64,000 nt of DNA from a virus. The notes beneath the pieces were generated by a model. That model was given only the letters and a program-made list of their open reading frames with translations. It was not told where the DNA came from and ran no database searches. Numbering within the stretch: position 1 is the stretch's first letter; each line of letters opens with the position of its first letter. The position numbers and the translations under genes are program-made. The stretch spans positions 1-64,000 of IMG/VR virus record IMGVR_UViG_3300044695_005756. One strand, 5' to 3'. Below are positions 1 through 9,057 of the stretch, in pieces.

Positions 1-454
1 ATGCATTGTAGATATCTCTTGGTTCGTCAAGCCTAACTATGTCAATATTTGGACACATCATTCTGTATGCATCCGTATAATCACCAACGTGTTGGTGTTG
101 CGGATGAAGTGGTCTCTCGGAGCCAATGCTTGTACGAATAATCATTCTTGGTCTGTAGTCAGACATCATCGTGATTTTATCTATGTGATTTACTAATTGA
201 TTTGTTGCACATATCAAAAAATTCCATCGCGGAAAAATACTCACTGGTATGTAACCAGAAAGAGCAAGACCTAATGTCATACCCATCTGTGTATCTTCAA
301 ACACAGGCATCTCAATCAACTTTTCTTTAGGAACATCTTTCAATGTGTTTGACATTGCTGTACCAGCATATTCAACTGCTTGACCTATAAAGACAACACG
401 TGGGTCTTTTGCAAGCATGTCCATTGATGCTTTTAATTCGTCAAAGTATTTCAA
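1..454 (-). CDS. ThDP-dependent enzyme, E1-beta/transketolase pyrimidine-binding-like subunit (runs off window start; not in ORF track)
   Basis: Manual translation from TTG at 454 (TTGA overlap with upstream stop): MKYFDELKASMDMLAKDPRVVFIGQAV...LIEMPVFEDTQMGMTLGLALSGYIPVSIFPRWNFL...NQLVNH; matches the E1-beta pattern (DPxVxxxGxxV, PxxExxxxGxxxGxAxxG). Confidence 0.8.
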   Translation of the reverse strand, partial: MKYFDELKASMDMLAKDPRVVFIGQAVEYAGTAMSNTLKDVPKEKLIEMPVFEDTQMGMTLGLALSGYIPVSIFPRWNFLICATNQLVNHIDKITMMSDYRPRMIIRTSIGSERPLHPQHQHVGDYTDAYRMMCPNIDIVRLDEPRDIYNA

Positions 455-1050
455 AACTGTACCCTCACTCCCGCACCAGCATGTGGATATTTTGTTTCAT
501 ATTGATAGTAGTAAATGTATTCATTTTCAACATTTGTATATGTTGATTCTTCTACGCCCCATGTTTTTACAGTATCAGTGCAAACAGATTTACCATTGTC
601 TTCTACGATAAACTTGATGGGTAGTTCATGTTGCATGGAGTATTTGAAATTTTCCATAAAGATGCCCGACTCTGCTGTCATATCACCGACAAAGCAATAA
701 ACCTTTGTGTCAATCTTTTTTCTCTTCATTGCCATTGCAGTGCCAACAGCAATAGGAATATTACCACCAACGATTGCTGTTGAATAGATGTTGTATTGTG
801 GATAGCAAAGTGAAATAGATTTGCCTTCTAGGATATCTTTTTCAAGCACATCTGGTGGCACACCTTTAAGTAGGCATTGATAGTGTGAACGCCATGAACA
901 AAACACCCAATCTATTGAACGAATGTTTTTGAATATTTTGATCATCTCATATTCATTACCGTAATACAGATGCACAGGCGCACGAATACGACCATTGTTG
1001 AAGTGATCTGCTATCTTATCTTCAAATGCTCTAAGTTCTTCTTTAGTCAC
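451..1050 (-). CDS. ThDP-dependent enzyme, short E1-alpha-like subunit (199 aa)
   Basis: HLYYGNE, WRSHY, IVGGNIPIAVGTAMA and ThDP motif GDMTAESG...IVEDNG; GTG start overlapping the radical SAM stop. Confidence 0.8.
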   Translation of the reverse strand: MTKEELRAFEDKIADHFNNGRIRAPVHLYYGNEYEMIKIFKNIRSIDWVFCSWRSHYQCLLKGVPPDVLEKDILEGKSISLCYPQYNIYSTAIVGGNIPIAVGTAMAMKRKKIDTKVYCFVGDMTAESGIFMENFKYSMQHELPIKFIVEDNGKSVCTDTVKTWGVEESTYTNVENEYIYYYQYETKYPHAGAGVRVQF

Positions 1051-2548
1051 CTAGTATTTTCCTTTTCAATCTAATCTTGGACATTTGCTCAATGTTCTGT
1101 CTTGATTGTAAACCAAATTTGGTTTCAACAAGATTCAAGAATGGTTCATGTGAAAAGTATTTGTGCCATGCTTCATCACGAAACTTCAATACTTCTGCAC
1201 CAGATAAATTTTTTGTTCGTAGTGGTTTACAATCGTAAGATAAAAACGCAAACTCATCAAAAGTTTGTGGTAATTCCCAACCATTGTTTACTGCTTCCAT
1301 ATACAATGGACTGCCAGGCAATGCCATTGCTGCGTAGAAGTTTGCATGTTCACAATTCAACTCTAATGCAAGGTCAAGTGTCTCTTGCATTGTTTCCATT
1401 GTATCTTCTGGAAAACCAAACATATAGTTACCAAGCACATTGATGTCAGCATCTTTAATATCTTGCACAACTTCACGAATGTCAACTTGTTTGAAACGAC
1501 CTTTGTCAATTTCTAAACGAACTTGTGGATTACCTGCTTCAATGCCTAGTGCAAGCCAATTAACACCCGCTTTCTTAAACAAATCTAGCTGATCTTTACG
1601 AACAGAATCTACACGTGCATATGCCCAAAAATTGAACTTGATACCACGATCAACAAGACCCTGTAGGATTGGCACATAATATTTTTTGTTGAGAAAGAAC
1701 ATCTCATCGGTCAAACGAACTGTGCGAACACCTCTCTCCCAAAGATACTCAAACTCTTTGAGCATCAACTCTGGTGACCAAAAACGCATACCACGTGAGT
1801 CTGCTGATACAACATTTTGTTTATACGATGTTCGGTTCACAATGTTAATCATGCAGAAGTTACAACCAAAGGAACAACCTAACGATGTGGAGATTGCAGC
1901 AAATGGTGTGCGACCTTCATCAAGAAAATTTGAATGCCAATAATGTGCGCGATACTTATTAAAATTTATTAAATCCCATGCATAACCAGGCATCACACGG
2001 TCCATGTCTTCTGTTTTTACAAGTTCTCCTGGTGCACCTGTTGCCGCAAAGCCGTGTTTTTTATAAACAAGACCGCGAACTTTATCTAAATTATCTTTGT
2101 AGTTTGTTTGAAGTAGGTCTAACAGACCATACACACCTTCATTGATAAACACAAAGTCAACATAAGGTAAACCAATCACATCATACGGCAATGCAGACGC
2201 ATGTGAGCCAATAAAAACAATCTTGATTGATGGTCGTATAAGTTTAAGTTGAGTTGCTAGTCTTGATGCACCAATCATCATTGTGGTGCCTGAGTTTGGA
2301 TTTTGTCCGTAAAGAACAAATACTGCTATGTCAGTATCGGTGCCCGAAATTCGATGTGCTGCATGTTCAAGGTCTGGCGATGGATCTGCATCGAAATCAA
2401 GAATACAAGGATCATATCCTTCTTTACGAACTGCTTGTGCAAGCAGTAACGCCCATGTTGGAGGTTCAATTGCAGAATATTTTTCTGAAAGTTCTTGATA
2501 CGCCTGTTTCGCGCTACTCGGTATAACGAATGTCACCACTTTTGACAT
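1043..2548 (-). CDS. Cobalamin-binding radical SAM enzyme
   Basis: N-terminal B12-binding-like domain (IVFIGSHAS..P, DFVFINEG), CxxxCxxC motif GCSFGCNFC, LGIEAG, GNYMFGFPEDT, LPGSPLY. Confidence 0.85.
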   Translation of the reverse strand: MSKVVTFVIPSSAKQAYQELSEKYSAIEPPTWALLLAQAVRKEGYDPCILDFDADPSPDLEHAAHRISGTDTDIAVFVLYGQNPNSGTTMMIGASRLATQLKLIRPSIKIVFIGSHASALPYDVIGLPYVDFVFINEGVYGLLDLLQTNYKDNLDKVRGLVYKKHGFAATGAPGELVKTEDMDRVMPGYAWDLINFNKYRAHYWHSNFLDEGRTPFAAISTSLGCSFGCNFCMINIVNRTSYKQNVVSADSRGMRFWSPELMLKEFEYLWERGVRTVRLTDEMFFLNKKYYVPILQGLVDRGIKFNFWAYARVDSVRKDQLDLFKKAGVNWLALGIEAGNPQVRLEIDKGRFKQVDIREVVQDIKDADINVLGNYMFGFPEDTMETMQETLDLALELNCEHANFYAAMALPGSPLYMEAVNNGWELPQTFDEFAFLSYDCKPLRTKNLSGAEVLKFRDEAWHKYFSHEPFLNLVETKFGLQSRQNIEQMSKIRLKRKILGD

Positions 2549-2562
2549 AATAAAAATTCCTG

Positions 2563-2973
2563 TTAATGTAGTTTTTTGTTCTTCACTTCTTGTATGTGTT
2601 GAACAATTTCCTCAATCATATCTTGAGGGGTTTCTTCATTCTCTTGCTCTTCTAACAAATCATCAATCATCTTATCTGAATCTGCCATTTCTTCAAGAGT
2701 TCGTTCCACAAGTTTATCATAATAGCGTATCATTGCATCTTTTGGTTCGATGACAGTTACGATATCGGAAGGATATATGAGTGCAGAATTTTCTTTAATC
2801 AACTCAACTGGCAACCATGGCATCATCATCATGATTGTTTGACCCGTAGGCATTCTTCGAAACACCACGCGCATGGGATCATTAATTTGAATTTGACCAG
2901 AATTTTCCTGCTCAAACATAGAAGCCATAATATCTTCACCAGATTGCATTCTTATAAGTTTTACGTTATGCAT
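2563..2973 (-). CDS. Sm-like fold protein conserved downstream of uvsW in T4-like phages
   Basis: VKLIRMQSGEDI...PW pattern plus acidic tail; position after uvsW. Confidence 0.55.
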   Translation of the reverse strand: MHNVKLIRMQSGEDIMASMFEQENSGQIQINDPMRVVFRRMPTGQTIMMMMPWLPVELIKENSALIYPSDIVTVIEPKDAMIRYYDKLVERTLEEMADSDKMIDDLLEEQENEETPQDMIEEIVQHIQEVKNKKLH

Positions 2974-4447
2974 TCTTGACCTCTATATTATAGAACTTGT
3001 ACTTAAACTTTTCTTCATCGTATATTCTAACACGATCTTGCAGATGTTGCAACGTGTAATTTACATGTTTACCAATACGAAAATCGTCTGCTATGTCGTA
3101 GAGAACTGCTTCCGTTTTGTTATTACCTATTCTCAAACCTCTACCAATCGATTGTAAGTTTCGTACTCTCGACTTGGACGGTGAAGCAAAAACAACATTA
3201 TGAAGATTGCGGATATTAATTCCAGTGGAAAAAGTACCGTAAGAAGCAACGATGATGGCATCATTTTGTTTTTCCGTAATAGAGCGAACTTGCTCACGGA
3301 CTTCAACATCTGTTCCACCATATACGAAAAAAACATGTCTATTGCCAGCTTTTTCTTCAATAAGTTTATGAAGTTGTTTGCCGTGTTTCTCTACAAGATT
3401 GAAGAGTATAAGTGAATTGCCTTTAAGTGACAATGCAAGATTTCGAATAAACTCATTTCTTGTGGTGCTTTTAACTATGTAGTCTATTTCAGATTGGTAA
3501 TCCCAACCACGTGATAGTTTACACACTTCTTCAGAATATTTCAATACTAAACATTTAATGCGAAAATCTGCCAGTTGTTTATCTTCAATCAATTTTGCGG
3601 TAGTAGTAGATTGATAAACAGGTCCAAATAAACCTTCCAAAACTAATTTGTGTGTTTGTGTACCATCAATTGTACCTGTGCAACCAATTCGATATGATGC
3701 ATTTCTCAAACCAGTCATGATGGTAGTCAATGACTTTGCTTTAAACTGATGCGCTTCATCACCTAATACAAAATCAAACTGTTCAAAGTATTCAGCAGGA
3801 TTCTTGTAAATAGATTGCCATGTAGTAATTGTCAAAAACTTGTCAGTATGTTTTTCTTTACCTGAATACTGACGATGGCAGTTTGTATCTGCATCATAAC
3901 CATACGATTTAAAGTCTGAATACATTTGTTCAACAAGAGATGTAGTAGGAACAATCAATAAACCTTTCTTGTAGTCTCTGTATTGTAGATACCTCAATAT
4001 AAGATATTGAATCAATGACTTACCAGAACCAGTTGGAGATAATAACAACATTCTACGATTTCTGATGGCAAATAAGAAGGACTTGTATTGATATTCCCTG
4101 ATGCCCTCTGTTATAATGCTTTTGTCTAATTGAAGTTGTTCAAGAAACTCATTTGCTTCTATTGCTGAAAAACTCTCTGTGTTGTTTATAGCAGCATCAA
4201 TCTCAAGTTTGTAGTTTCTTTCTTCGCAAAATTGTTCAATGTAAGGCACAAGTCCGTGATAAATCGTATATGTTCGTAAATCAGCAAGTCTTATTTTTCC
4301 ATCCCAAAGACGATTCTTGTACGCAGGCATAAATTGATAACCAGGCACAAAGAACGTAAAGTAGTCTGCAAGTTCTTGTGCGATACTTTTTTCACACTCA
4401 AACTTGATGAAAGCTTCATTTTGTTTATGTAAAATTAAATCAGACAC
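2966..4447 (-). CDS. uvsW: UvsW SF2 DNA helicase (likely start GTG at 4447; ORF track starts at 4471)
   Basis: WDGKIRL, Walker A SPTGSGKS, DEAH, QSIGRGLR. Confidence 0.95.
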   Translation of the reverse strand: MSDLILHKQNEAFIKFECEKSIAQELADYFTFFVPGYQFMPAYKNRLWDGKIRLADLRTYTIYHGLVPYIEQFCEERNYKLEIDAAINNTESFSAIEANEFLEQLQLDKSIITEGIREYQYKSFLFAIRNRRMLLLSPTGSGKSLIQYLILRYLQYRDYKKGLLIVPTTSLVEQMYSDFKSYGYDADTNCHRQYSGKEKHTDKFLTITTWQSIYKNPAEYFEQFDFVLGDEAHQFKAKSLTTIMTGLRNASYRIGCTGTIDGTQTHKLVLEGLFGPVYQSTTTAKLIEDKQLADFRIKCLVLKYSEEVCKLSRGWDYQSEIDYIVKSTTRNEFIRNLALSLKGNSLILFNLVEKHGKQLHKLIEEKAGNRHVFFVYGGTDVEVREQVRSITEKQNDAIIVASYGTFSTGINIRNLHNVVFASPSKSRVRNLQSIGRGLRIGNNKTEAVLYDIADDFRIGKHVNYTLQHLQDRVRIYDEEKFKYKFYNIEVKNA

Positions 4448-4874
4448 CTTGTATGAATTTTTCCCAATCAATGAACGAACGGAGTTCCCATGTTCTATTA
4501 TTTAATTCTTTCATTATCGCTTGACAAACCTCAACAATTTCTTCATGCAACAATTTTTTAGCAAGATACTTATTGATGTCTTCATCCGCTTCTAGGTATG
4601 TATTGATTTCAGATTTAAGTGTGTATGGAAATGGTTCCCAACCACGTGACTTCAATTCATCTTCATCAAGTCTACCTGTGTAATACTCCCATTTCAATTT
4701 ACGCCATTTATTATAATTGAACTCTGCTTCTTTTGCCAACAGCCGATGTGTTGAAAGAATATTCAAATATTTTGAATGTAATTTGGGAATGTCAATTAAA
4801 GCTTTACCTGGTTCTGTGCGGTCAATGTTAGAATCCGCAGTCCACATTTGTAATATTTCGTCAAGTTTACTCAT
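4440..4874 (-). CDS. uvsY: UvsY recombination mediator
   Basis: IPKLHSKYL, KWEYYTG, YLEADEDI, IDWEKF; between gp3 and uvsW. Confidence 0.9.
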   Translation of the reverse strand: MSKLDEILQMWTADSNIDRTEPGKALIDIPKLHSKYLNILSTHRLLAKEAEFNYNKWRKLKWEYYTGRLDEDELKSRGWEPFPYTLKSEINTYLEADEDINKYLAKKLLHEEIVEVCQAIMKELNNRTWELRSFIDWEKFIQGV

Positions 4875-4876
4875 TC

Positions 4877-4921
4877 TATACCTCCTATTAGGAGTATATC
4901 ACATTTAAAATAATTTTTCTA
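4877..4921 (-). promoter_or_regulatory. Putative sigma70-type extended -10 promoter for uvsY overlapping an RBS-sequestering hairpin
   Basis: Minus strand TAGAAA-17nt-TATACT with TG at -15/-14; TATACTCCT-AAT-AGGAGGTATA stem covers SD AGGAGG. Confidence 0.55.
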
Positions 4922-5444
4922 CATTATAATAGGTAAATCTGAATGTAGCGTCTGCTGTAATGATTGTTTCTGGAGTATCCGTGGATGACACGACGAAACC
5001 AGAAAGTGAAATTGGAAATAAATCTTTAAAATTGAAACGGTAATAAGGCTTGTTTGATGCTGAGAGAATTGTTACCGCGCCATCACAATATTGTGGAGAA
5101 TTTGTGGCTGCTGCTGTGGTAAATTGATTCAACTTTGCAAGATTTTGATATTCTTCAAACTCAGTTGGAAATGTTAATGCACGAAGCCAATCGTGTATCT
5201 CTAACCATGACAACATTTCCGCATCAACAATAAAAGTGACGTTCAATACGTCATAAATTGCTTTTTCTCCAGGTGCATAAAGTTCAACAAATGGATTGTT
5301 TACAGGAATTTCAGATGTTGAAATACCAGGTAAAGAAATTGTTTGGCAAAAGTATTGCAAATTCGGTGTACGAGCCAAATTCAGCGTAAACTTATTAGGC
5401 TGTAGTGAATTCGGATTTGTGGGGTTACGTTTAAGAGCAGTCAT
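4905..5444 (-). CDS. 3: Tail completion / sheath stabilizer gp3
   Basis: N.LQPNKF, YFCQ..SLPGI, PG.K..Y..L.V.F.VD, F.D.FP.SLS; follows gp23. Confidence 0.85.
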   Translation of the reverse strand: MTALKRNPTNPNSLQPNKFTLNLARTPNLQYFCQTISLPGISTSEIPVNNPFVELYAPGEKAIYDVLNVTFIVDAEMLSWLEIHDWLRALTFPTEFEEYQNLAKLNQFTTAAATNSPQYCDGAVTILSASNKPYYRFNFKDLFPISLSGFVVSSTDTPETIITADATFRFTYYNVEKLF

Positions 5445-5449
5445 ATCTC

Positions 5450-5457
5450 TATTTATA
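5450..5457 (-). promoter_or_regulatory. T4-type late promoter TATAAATA for gp3
   Basis: Perfect consensus, 5 nt before the ATG at 5444 and just after the gp23 terminator. Confidence 0.75.
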
Positions 5458-5463
5458 TGCCAT

Positions 5464-5492
5464 AAAAAAAGAGGGCTCCGAAGAGCCCTCTT
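5464..5492 (-). terminator. Rho-independent terminator after gp23 with C(UUCG)G tetraloop
   Basis: AAGAGGGCTC-TTCG-GAGCCCTC-TTTTTTT on minus strand. Confidence 0.9.
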
Positions 5493-5531
5493 GAACTACC
5501 ACTCTAACGGTGGTTTCATCTTCTAAGAAAA

Positions 5532-6875
5532 TTACATCAAGTTTGCAATACGGAAACCACGGTAGTAGTTGTTGCTCTGTGTTGTCAGAGCGCCAAGACC
5601 TTGGTTTGTACCTTCTGCGAATGGATTTGCTACCAGACCGTAACGAGTCTTGAAGCCAATCTTTGGCTGGAATGTACCAGTATCGACTGCACGAACCATC
5701 TGTAGAGGAACGTATGGGCAGTAGAACATACCTGCGTCATATGCATTCGTACCTTTGTATCCAACAACAGCAAACTCAGATGTTGAGCCTGTTGGGAAGT
5801 ATGGATCGATGTAGACTTTGATACGACCGAAGATTGTACCAGCAAAAGTATTACCAGTATCGTCAACTGTCAATGATACTTGACCTGCAAGTGCTGAGTT
5901 GTAGTCTAGAATACCAGACATCGCAAGTGCAGATGCTACGTCTGAAGAACAGATAACGATGTTACCTTTTCCACGACGAGTTGTTTTTGCAATTTGATTT
6001 GCTTCACGTTCAATTTGGAATGCAAGACCTTTGATCTTTTCAACCATCCAACGACCGTTTGAGTCTGTGTCAAGGTTGAATGCACCAGCAGTTGTTGTAC
6101 CTGCTTGGCAACCTGGCTTAGCAATCTTATAGATTGTGCGAATAACTTCGCGGTTGATTTCAGCAAGAATTTCAGCAGACAGAATGTTAGCCAGTTCTGT
6201 TTCTGCATCAAGACCATGAACTGCTTTCAAGTCTTGTGCAAGTTCCATTGAGTATTCTGCTTTTAATGCGCGTGTACGAGCTGTAACAGTAACTTTCTCA
6301 ATTGAGAATGCCATTTCTTGGAATGTGTTACCAGCAGCACCGTCACCTAATGCTTCAGCAGAACCTGTTGTCATCGCGCCTGTAGGTGCAGCGTTACCAA
6401 CGAACAGATAGTCTGTTGTGTTGCCTGCGACTGACATGCTTGATGCAACGATTGCGCCGTTTGCACCTGAGAATGCTGTGTTTGCTTCATTGTAGAATGC
6501 TTCGTTTCCGCCTTGTGAAGCGTAACGTGTACGCATTGCAAAGATCAAGCCTGTTGGGCCTGTCATTGGCTGAACGCCGCAAACATCATAAGCAATCAGG
6601 TTAGGAAGTGAACGACGAACCAAGCTGATCAGAATTGGATCAAAACCAGCAACTGGGCCAGCAGCAGCAGCACCGCCACCAAAGCCACCTGTGCCAGCAA
6701 AGTTAGTTGGTGAACCTGTTTCGTTAAGAATGCCAGCTTCTTTCATCATTTCTTGAGCTTGATTCTCAAGAATTACCGCTGTAACCGCTTTACGGTATGG
6801 ATCTGCAATTTTAGGCATGTCTGGATGATCCAGAACTGCATTCCATTTGGTTTGTAGATTTTCAGACAAATACAT
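5532..6875 (-). CDS. 23: Major capsid protein gp23
   Basis: LIAYDVCGVQPMTGPTGLIFAMR, RALKAEYSMELAQDLKAVHGLDAE, FQPKIGFKTRYG; probable maturation cut after ILNE52. Confidence 0.98.
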   Translation of the reverse strand: MYLSENLQTKWNAVLDHPDMPKIADPYRKAVTAVILENQAQEMMKEAGILNETGSPTNFAGTGGFGGGAAAAGPVAGFDPILISLVRRSLPNLIAYDVCGVQPMTGPTGLIFAMRTRYASQGGNEAFYNEANTAFSGANGAIVASSMSVAGNTTDYLFVGNAAPTGAMTTGSAEALGDGAAGNTFQEMAFSIEKVTVTARTRALKAEYSMELAQDLKAVHGLDAETELANILSAEILAEINREVIRTIYKIAKPGCQAGTTTAGAFNLDTDSNGRWMVEKIKGLAFQIEREANQIAKTTRRGKGNIVICSSDVASALAMSGILDYNSALAGQVSLTVDDTGNTFAGTIFGRIKVYIDPYFPTGSTSEFAVVGYKGTNAYDAGMFYCPYVPLQMVRAVDTGTFQPKIGFKTRYGLVANPFAEGTNQGLGALTTQSNNYYRGFRIANLM

Positions 6876-6902
6876 TATTGTATCTCCTTGTTTTGTTATT
6901 AT

Positions 6903-8009
6903 TTAAATTTTTGTTTTAGAAATTGCTTGTACAACCGAAGCGACATACGGATCAGCGATAACTTTCTTTTCGCTACCATCGTCTTCTACTTCTTCATGAA
7001 GATGTGATACATCGGCTTTCTTTAAGCCAGATGGAAAATAGTTCTCACGAATTGTCTCAAGTTTTTCTACGAATTCTTCCTCTGTGGAAAATTCTACACT
7101 CTCTGCAAGTGCTTTGATTTTTTCTACTTGAGTTGCTGTGAGCCCTTCACATACTTCATTTACAAGTTGTACTTTAATTGCTTCAGTAAGTTGTTTTTTA
7201 TACTGAATATTCGCTTCAATTTCTTCATTCAATTTAACTTCCAGTTCTTCGACTTTAGATGCAAGTTCATCTACCAGTTCTACTTTGTCTTCTGGAACAT
7301 TGATGTAATTTTCAGCAAACAGATTACGCAGACCAGCAATAAAGTCTTCTGTGATTTCTGAACGCAGACCGCTTTCGATTGCGATTTCGTTTTCATCCAT
7401 CCACTGCTCTACGACATAGTTCAAGTAATCATCTACCTTTTCGGTAAGTTCTGCTTTGATTTCTTCAACAGCTTCAGCTAACATGCCAGCATATTCAGCT
7501 TCCATTTGTTCTTGAATCTGTGCAACACGGTCAAATACACGTGCCTCAAAGATCGTAGCAGCTTTTGCTTTGAAGTCTTCAGAAATGTTTTTATCGTCAG
7601 CAAACAATGCAGCAACATCTTCTTTCATCTGTGCTTTCATTTCTTCGATTGCTGTTTCATCATCAATCATTTCTTCATCTTCACGATCTTCTTCTTCAGG
7701 CATCATGTTTGTGCCTGAACCTAGACGCATGTTTTTGTCACCAAGTTGAACATCACTTGATGCCGCTGATGGCTTCATGTTGAGAGAAGATTGATTTGAG
7801 CCTGATGTATCTTTGCCCTTACTATTCAGTTTGGCAGAGTTATCATTTGGCTTATAATTTTGTGGTGTAGGACCACCTAAATCCTCAGGTGTTCCAGGAT
7901 TGCCTGGAGGTGTATTCTGAGTTAATTTAGGCATTGGCATACCAGGAGCAGATGACTTGCTAGATGCAAGAATTTCTGCCGCTGCTTCCATGAGTTTGTT
8001 TGTTGCCAT
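6903..8009 (-). CDS. 22: Prohead core scaffold gp22
   Basis: FKAKAATIFEA, VDDYLNYVVEQWM.EN, acidic coiled coil; between gp21 and gp23. Confidence 0.92.
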   Translation of the reverse strand: MATNKLMEAAAEILASSKSSAPGMPMPKLTQNTPPGNPGTPEDLGGPTPQNYKPNDNSAKLNSKGKDTSGSNQSSLNMKPSAASSDVQLGDKNMRLGSGTNMMPEEEDREDEEMIDDETAIEEMKAQMKEDVAALFADDKNISEDFKAKAATIFEARVFDRVAQIQEQMEAEYAGMLAEAVEEIKAELTEKVDDYLNYVVEQWMDENEIAIESGLRSEITEDFIAGLRNLFAENYINVPEDKVELVDELASKVEELEVKLNEEIEANIQYKKQLTEAIKVQLVNEVCEGLTATQVEKIKALAESVEFSTEEEFVEKLETIRENYFPSGLKKADVSHLHEEVEDDGSEKKVIADPYVASVVQAISKTKI

Positions 8010-8031
8010 TGAATATCTCCTTATGATTTCT

Positions 8032-8039
8032 TATTTATA
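8032..8039 (-). promoter_or_regulatory. Late promoter TATAAATA for gp22-gp23
   Basis: Perfect consensus upstream of SD GGAG and ATG at 8009. Confidence 0.8.
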
Positions 8040-8043
8040 AATT

Positions 8044-8694
8044 TTAAAGTTTTCGTAGAAAGTTTTCGAAAAGCTGTAGTCCAACAGATTCAATTTCTCT
8101 GCGTGATGCTTTACGAATTTGCTGTTTGCTGTAATCGATGTCAGATTCAACGAACTTCCCCTCTACAAATAACCATTCTTTGTTTTCCATAATGCCCTGA
8201 ACAAAAGCGCCAGGAGCAGAAGGATCAGCAACGATATCAGCAGCGGTTGCAAGGCGCAGGTCATCTTGTACTAGATTATAACCCTCTTTTGTCATTACGA
8301 CAGAGCCCAACGCGCGGGATGAAACACCAAGACCAACACCAGACTCAATCAGATTTTTGGCAATTAAACCATATGGCGTTTCCATAATGAGTGCTTTACC
8401 GACAAATGTGTTGCCGTTTTCTACCAAACTTGTAATCTTATGTGACACACGTTCTAGATTTAATGATGGTGTGTCTGGATGTCCGAGTTCGCCAAGCGCA
8501 CGGTTTGTATCAATGTATTCTTGTTTGTATCGCGCAACTTCATTCCGAAGTGTGTCCATTTTGTACATACGATTGTTACGATTAACTGCATCGCCAACTA
8601 GAAATATGCCTTCGATGTAAAGATTCTTTTTACCATCTTCAGTTTTTTCGGTAAGATATCTTACATTTTCAATGTGTTCTTTAATGAGTTTCAT
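8044..8694 (-). CDS. 21: Prohead protease gp21
   Basis: NRNNRMY, ALGELGHP, GVSSRALGS, DIVADPSAPGAFV. Confidence 0.95.
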   Translation of the reverse strand: MKLIKEHIENVRYLTEKTEDGKKNLYIEGIFLVGDAVNRNNRMYKMDTLRNEVARYKQEYIDTNRALGELGHPDTPSLNLERVSHKITSLVENGNTFVGKALIMETPYGLIAKNLIESGVGLGVSSRALGSVVMTKEGYNLVQDDLRLATAADIVADPSAPGAFVQGIMENKEWLFVEGKFVESDIDYSKQQIRKASRREIESVGLQLFENFLRKL

Positions 8695-9056
8695 TATAGG
8701 TTTACTCCTGTATATGGATCAACATTGTATGTCGCATACTTGGCAAGATGTAAAATAATTGTGCCACCAGTATTGATTTCAATTACAATGCTTTGAGTGT
8801 TATTGTTTGCGACCGAATAACCATAAGAATCAAAGTCCATGTCACCGCCGTTTTGAAGTGCTAACAGAGGTACACCATTTCGAGTGATACGGATATTGCC
8901 GTTTGTTGACCACAAAACATGTTTGATATCGGCAGCAGTAACAGTTTCGGTCGTAGCGTTTGCTCTTAAACTATTGAGAGTGATTGTGTATGTTCCAGGA
9001 TCAACCGCACGAACGATTGACGATCCTCTTAGAGTATTGGTAATTTCAAATGGCAT
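8694..9056 (-). CDS. Hypothetical beta-rich protein in head gene cluster
   Basis: 120-aa ORF, stop/start coupled to neighbours. Confidence 0.7.
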   Translation of the reverse strand: MPFEITNTLRGSSIVRAVDPGTYTITLNSLRANATTETVTAADIKHVLWSTNGNIRITRNGVPLLALQNGGDMDFDSYGYSVANNNTQSIVIEINTGGTIILHLAKYATYNVDPYTGVNL

Positions 9057-9057
9057 T

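Noticed and set aside
1-1050. Pyruvate dehydrogenase as an energy-metabolism auxiliary gene
   Set aside because: The alpha subunit is far too short, no E2/E3 is visible, and coupling to a B12 radical SAM gene favours a biosynthetic role; no pdh symbol assigned.
5498-5514. Small hairpin ACCAC..GTGGT between the gp23 stop and its terminator as an ncRNA
   Set aside because: Only a 5-6 bp stem; insufficient evidence beyond a possible mRNA stability element.
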